From an uncultured Candidatus Saccharibacteria bacterium (lineage in GTDB: Bacteria; Patescibacteriota; Saccharimonadia; Saccharimonadales; Saccharimonadaceae), in NCBI GenBank assembly GCA_964574585.1, contig CAZNOD010000001.1, positions 1 to 47,722 of the forward strand: a stretch of DNA of 47,722 nt, given 5' to 3'. The notes beneath the pieces were generated by a model. That model worked only from the letters and a program-made list of their open reading frames with translations, searched no databases and had not been told where the DNA came from. This document shows, in pieces, positions 43,888 to 47,722 of this stretch (position 1 is its first letter; every line of letters starts with the position of its first letter). The position numbers and the translations under genes were made by a program.

Positions 43888-44367
43888 CTATTTTCGACGG
43901 CTAGACGTCGCGCTTTTACGATGATAAACCACGTCGATCAGCGCCAAAACTATACAGACTGTGATGATAACCGAGTCATACGGCAATAGCTGTAGAACTA
44001 TCTGACTGCTGGTGTCGTCTAACACCACGGCGTTGGCAAATGCGCCATAGGTCAGCATGACGGTCAACGCAGCGAACACTAGACTACTATAGGCTTGATG
44101 AATCATCGAATGTGCTTTGCTTGAGCGTATCATGACTATCAAGGCTGGAAGTAGTGTCAGCGCAATCGCCAATACACTATGTAGTGGTGGCTTGACAATC
44201 ACTAGGCCAGCTTCAGCTACAATCGGGGTCAAGCTATCGGTCCATAGTTTTGCTAGCACCGCACCAGCCGTTAATCCCAGAGCCGGCATGCCGATATGTC
44301 GCCGACTGACAAAAAACAGCACCGCTAAGCCCAAGAAATACAAACCAAGCACAATCAAAAAAGTCAT
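43888..44367 (-). CDS. Hypothetical multi-pass membrane protein
   Basis: About five hydrophobic helices. I prefer ATG 44367 (TGGTACAAT plus 6 nt) over the track GTG 44373. Confidence 0.6.
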   Translation of the reverse strand: MTFLIVLGLYFLGLAVLFFVSRRHIGMPALGLTAGAVLAKLWTDSLTPIVAEAGLVIVKPPLHSVLAIALTLLPALIVMIRSSKAHSMIHQAYSSLVFAALTVMLTYGAFANAVVLDDTSSQIVLQLLPYDSVIITVCIVLALIDVVYHRKSATSSRRK

Positions 44368-44466
44368 ATCCACATTGTACCAGCCAAACAGTCGGTCTAG
44401 CTATCATAAAATGCTCAAGCATCGACCAACTTTCCCATTCAAACAAAAATCAAACACAAGGCTATA

Positions 44467-44498
44467 CCACAAATGGACGCGATCGCGTCCATTTGTGG
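44467..44498. terminator. Perfect 32-bp palindrome (16-bp arms, no loop) downstream of rimK; a likely transcript-end hairpin or protein-binding site
   Basis: CCACAAATGGACGCGA/TCGCGTCCATTTGTGG, centred on GCGATCGC. Confidence 0.5.
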
Positions 44499-44560
44499 TA
44501 ATAACTGACGATTGGCTATGGCGTCAGCTTGGGCGACTAACGATTGTAGTCGGCTGGCTA

Positions 44561-45466
44561 CTAGGCGCCAATCTTATCTTTTTTCGGTTTGCGCTTGGCG
44601 TTTTGCTCGAGATATTCGATAATTTTTTCGGCGACGTTGCGACCGGTTACTAGCTCCGGTGTCTTGATACTGGCGCTCGAGTTGACCTCTAGGACTAGTG
44701 GTCCACGATCCGAACGCATCATGTCAACGCCACATATCGGTAACCCCATCGCTTTGGCAGCCTTGATAGCGGTCTTGCGCTCTTCTTCGGTCAGCTTGAC
44801 AGCGACGCCTTCCCCGCCCTGGTGAGTATTGCTACGAAAGTCACCATCGAGACTTTGGCGCTTGATGCTTGCTACAACACGACCACCAACTACCAAGGCT
44901 CGGATGTCGGTTCCGGCTGATTCTTTGATAAACTCTTGGACCAAAAAGTTGACGCTTTCGACATAAAAAGCCTGCATAACAGCTTTGGCTGCCTTGGCGG
45001 TTTCTGCTAGCACTACGCCATTACCATGCGTACCACGCGCCACCTTTATAATCAGTGGTGCACCACCAGCAAGATCGATAATGTCATCGAAACTGGCTGA
45101 TTCGCGAGCGAAGACAGTTTTAGGTATACCGACACCAGCCTTAGCTAGTACTTGATAGGCTCGTAGCTTATCACGTGATCGGTTGATAGCCAGACTACCG
45201 GCTGTCGTGTACGAGCCTTGCGACTCAAACTGTCGGACTATAGCGGTACCGTATTTGGTGTAACTCTGAGCAATTCGCGGTATGATAGCGTCAAATTTCT
45301 CTAGGCTGGTACCCTTGTAGCGAACTACGTTATTATTGGCTTCAATCGCTGTATAAGCGTCTTTGTATTTGATTACCTTGACCTCGTGACCGCGTTTGAC
45401 AGCCTCCTCTTTGAGGCGTTTGGTGGTGTAATTACCTGGTCCATTTGATAAAATTGCAATTTTCAT
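44561..45466 (-). CDS. rimK: RimK-family alpha-L-glutamate ligase (ATP-grasp)
   Basis: MKIAILS... start as in characterised RimK, with the ATP-grasp body. I prefer ATG 45466 over the track TTG 45472. Confidence 0.9.
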   Translation of the reverse strand: MKIAILSNGPGNYTTKRLKEEAVKRGHEVKVIKYKDAYTAIEANNNVVRYKGTSLEKFDAIIPRIAQSYTKYGTAIVRQFESQGSYTTAGSLAINRSRDKLRAYQVLAKAGVGIPKTVFARESASFDDIIDLAGGAPLIIKVARGTHGNGVVLAETAKAAKAVMQAFYVESVNFLVQEFIKESAGTDIRALVVGGRVVASIKRQSLDGDFRSNTHQGGEGVAVKLTEEERKTAIKAAKAMGLPICGVDMMRSDRGPLVLEVNSSASIKTPELVTGRNVAEKIIEYLEQNAKRKPKKDKIGA

Positions 45467-45468
45467 AT

Positions 45469-45945
45469 TCAATTTGCCTTTTCTGTATTATACTCTTCCT
45501 CTAAATCTTGCTGGTTGATACCATCTCCGGGTATGCTGCAGTCGACAACAAAATTGCCATTCAGTATACGACGCCCAATCAGGATTGGATAACGCTGCGT
45601 TGACCGGTCAGACAAAGTAAACTGCCCTGTCAACGCGACTCCGGCAATTACAACAGGCAATTCAACCACGTAGCGATCTTCTGGTACGCCATTTGAGCTC
45701 TGCACGGTTCGCCTGCCAATGATGGGTAGCGTAATAGTGTCACCAGTGAAGTCAGGGTGGCCCTCGCCCAGTAGCTGAAAAGATACCTTGTCACCGTCAG
45801 CTACAATATTGCTAGCCCACAGCGCCGAAGTCCGAGCACCACTATCGACTCGCGCTGCCACATGCTCCTTGATAGCAGTGTAGCCAAAGTCGACTAAAGC
45901 AGTCGCCCCGATGGTAACCTTATGATCTTTATTTGTAGTTGTCAT
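45469..45945 (-). CDS. RimK-associated retropepsin-like protease (DUF785 / putative ATP-dependent zinc protease family)
   Basis: The VAARVDSGARTSALWA block (DTGA-like) and its position immediately upstream of rimK. I prefer ATG 45945 (TATTAT plus 7 nt) over the track TTG 45981. Confidence 0.75.
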   Translation of the reverse strand: MTTTNKDHKVTIGATALVDFGYTAIKEHVAARVDSGARTSALWASNIVADGDKVSFQLLGEGHPDFTGDTITLPIIGRRTVQSSNGVPEDRYVVELPVVIAGVALTGQFTLSDRSTQRYPILIGRRILNGNFVVDCSIPGDGINQQDLEEEYNTEKAN

Positions 45946-46011
45946 TCGCTGTATAATAGCATAATTTACTATGTTTGACAAGTGTTGAACTTGATATGCT
46001 AGACTAGTTTT

Positions 46012-46485
46012 ATGCTCAGTAAGCTAGCTATTCGTCAACTCGTACTCGATGATCTTCCCCTGCTCGAGTCTGACTTTCCGGCACCAGCTCTTATTAGTTA
46101 CCGACAACAACTAAACAGACAATCGGCTGACGGTTACAGCCTGTTTGGTATTTTTGTAGACGATCAGCTAGCGGGAGTTGCTCACGTCCGACGACAAGGA
46201 CCGTATGAACCAGCAGTTTATCAATACTCATCACGGCCAGAGCTTGGCAATCTCTACGTCATACCCGCTTACCGTGGCCATGGCTTAGCCGAGCAATTGA
46301 TTCAGGCGATTGAGTCAACTCTAGTAACTGAAGGTTATCGATCACTAGGTCTAGTGGTCTCTAGTTTAAATGCTCCAGCCCGTCATCTGTACGAAAAACT
46401 TGGCTATCACATCGATCGAAGCTTTCCAGCTCGACCTAATAAAAATGAAGCTATAAGGCTATATTACAGCAAGCAGCTGACCTAA
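46012..46485 (+). CDS. GNAT-family N-acetyltransferase
   Basis: LYVIPAYRGHGLAEQLI acetyl-CoA motif. TGCTAGACT lies 6 nt upstream of the ATG. Confidence 0.85.
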   Translation: MLSKLAIRQLVLDDLPLLESDFPAPALISYRQQLNRQSADGYSLFGIFVDDQLAGVAHVRRQGPYEPAVYQYSSRPELGNLYVIPAYRGHGLAEQLIQAIESTLVTEGYRSLGLVVSSLNAPARHLYEKLGYHIDRSFPARPNKNEAIRLYYSKQLT

Positions 46486-47722
46486 CCTTTGTCAGCTTCG
46501 CGACGGATTATCCAAATAACGACTAGGATAATAATAATGCCAATCAGGGTCAAAAATAGCGAGGTGAAGTCACGGAACATCCAGAGTATAGCGAGTGTGA
46601 CACCAGCCGCACCCCAAATAGTAACCGTCCGCCACGACATCGCTAAACCAATCAATAGCAACAAGCTATGCTCGATTATAAACAGCACCTGGTACCAAAT
46701 ACTGTCTCCAGCTAGCGCGTAACCCAATCCAAACACCGACAACAGCGAGAGTCCAGTATAGCCGTAGGCGACTGCATTCTGTCGTCGACCAGCTGTGTGC
46801 TCGAGATAGCCTAGCAGCCAAACCACCAAAGTCCACCAGTAAATATAAAACAGCATCGACACATCAGCCACGCCAAGTGCAAATAGCCGTTGTGTGGCGA
46901 TAGTGATCAAGATTGCGCCAAATAGCGAGCTAGCCGAAACGTTGAAACGATGTCGGTTGGCTACTACCAAGCTACCGCCAATTATCATCGCTAGCATTGC
47001 CAAGCTAGCATAAGCACCTTCTGATGCCAGGCTGAATACCCCGAACAATGCACTGGTGCCGACGGCACTGGCCAGACAGACATTGCTCAGACTGGTTGCT
47101 TTGGTATTACCAAAGCGTAGTAATAGATGACCGCTAGCGAACAGCACGGTGCCAACAAAAGCTAAAGCACCGGTGATTTCAGCTGTATCAAGATCCATTT
47201 GATCTAATATCGCTCGGATTACGCCTAATAGGGCAATGTTACCGACTATCGCTACCCAAGGTCGACGATCACACCATGCTAAGGCGTAGTACATCGCCGC
47301 TATGAGCGCAAGGCCACCAATTTGCGTCGCCATATTATCAGTAATTAGCAGGTTAATGGCGGCTATAGCACCGATAATGCCGATGCTGATTTGAAAGTAG
47401 AGTCGCTCAGCCAAGCCAACCGCCACTTCACGCCAAATTCGCCAACCAGTCAGTAGCAACATTGTTTCAATATAGGCCCAGGCATAGCTATTTGAGGTCG
47501 CCTGATCAATAAAGTGATAAACGGCTAGTCCAGGCAAAAATACCAACGCAGCCGTCGCCATATAAGCTAGTTCTTGGCGTCGAAGCAACCAAGTGCTAAC
47601 TAGACTAGCTAGAACGGTTAGGCTCAGCGTACCCAGTGCAACTTGCTCCGCCAGCTGATTATTGTCGACGCCCACTACCAGCAAAACCGGTGCCAGCAAG
47701 GTTAGGCTTAGACCAAACCACA
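46482..47722 (-). CDS. Large polytopic membrane protein; the 5' end probably lies beyond the window
   Basis: More than 10 hydrophobic helices. The frame stays open and hydrophobic (WFGLSLT...) from the track TTG 47699 to the window edge. I recognised no family. Confidence 0.6.
   Translation of the reverse strand, partial: WFGLSLTLLAPVLLVVGVDNNQLAEQVALGTLSLTVLASLVSTWLLRRQELAYMATAALVFLPGLAVYHFIDQATSNSYAWAYIETMLLLTGWRIWREVAVGLAERLYFQISIGIIGAIAAINLLITDNMATQIGGLALIAAMYYALAWCDRRPWVAIVGNIALLGVIRAILDQMDLDTAEITGALAFVGTVLFASGHLLLRFGNTKATSLSNVCLASAVGTSALFGVFSLASEGAYASLAMLAMIIGGSLVVANRHRFNVSASSLFGAILITIATQRLFALGVADVSMLFYIYWWTLVVWLLGYLEHTAGRRQNAVAYGYTGLSLLSVFGLGYALAGDSIWYQVLFIIEHSLLLLIGLAMSWRTVTIWGAAGVTLAILWMFRDFTSLFLTLIGIIIILVVIWIIRREADKG

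Noticed and set aside
44117-44653. 178-aa plus-strand ORF spanning the rimK-downstream spacer
   Set aside because: It overlaps two better-supported minus-strand genes at both ends. It runs through the palindrome and hairpin block, has no promoter or SD context, and has a basic low-complexity composition.
1-47722. Alternative genetic code (UGA recoding, as in some CPR lineages), CRISPR arrays, or mobile elements
   Set aside because: TGA terminates murT, aclB-like, pilM and a nudix gene at conserved protein ends, so the code is standard. I saw no spacer-repeat arrays and no transposase-like, integrase-like or reverse-transcriptase-like ORFs on either strand.

Overview
This is a densely packed chromosomal segment, well over 90% coding by eye, with moderate GC. 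I call about 56 protein genes and 2 tRNAs. I saw no rRNA, CRISPR array, transposase, integrase or phage genes. The genetic code is standard: TGA ends murT, aclB-like and pilM at their expected protein ends.

Gene content in window order:
1. A corrinoid capture, adenosylation and class II RNR module: a DUF4430-like fragment, a 6-TM protein, cobO and nrdJ.
2. A YpfJ-type Zn peptidase and a membrane-anchored two-ring Clp/Hsp100-like ATPase with a small overlapping membrane gene.
3. murT-gatD, bcp, an OpgC-like protein and a GT39/ArnT-like protein.
4. tRNA-Pro followed by a small ORF, a sortase, an EEP-family phosphoesterase and anchored proteins.
5. rny and tsaE plus a mini tsaB.
6. A GNAT gene followed by a two-subunit ATP-citrate-lyase-like enzyme.
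7. A pilB-pilC-pilM-pilN-pilO type IV pilus operon with two unusual tail genes. Two pilins and a short comEC lie elsewhere in the window.
8. recA-nudix-nudix-recX, and a yebC/ruvC/ruvA/ruvB backbone interrupted by a lamin-tail-domain surface protein, PBP1A and a third nudix.
9. pgl, tRNA-Lys, rimK with its partner protease, a second GNAT and polytopic membrane proteins.

The repertoire suggests a reduced-genome Patescibacteria/CPR organism, possibly Saccharibacteria-like. It includes Gram-positive-type wall genes, a pilus plus ComEC, a tiny TsaB and little metabolism. This placement is inference only.

The strongest sequence-level signals are:
- Extended -10 promoters (TGnTAyAmT) sit 6-8 nt upstream of about 19 start codons, implying pervasive leaderless mRNAs.
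- A perfect 15+9+15 bp palindrome places two back-to-back TATAAT boxes exactly 6 nt from the divergent comEC and pgl ATGs.

The strongest protein-level oddities are:
- The membrane-anchored Clp ATPase has a degenerate first Walker B motif.
- An ATP-citrate-lyase-like pair sits in a metabolically sparse context.
- Cys-bracketed repeat modules occur on two surface proteins.

No database search was possible. All family calls rest on motifs recognised by eye.
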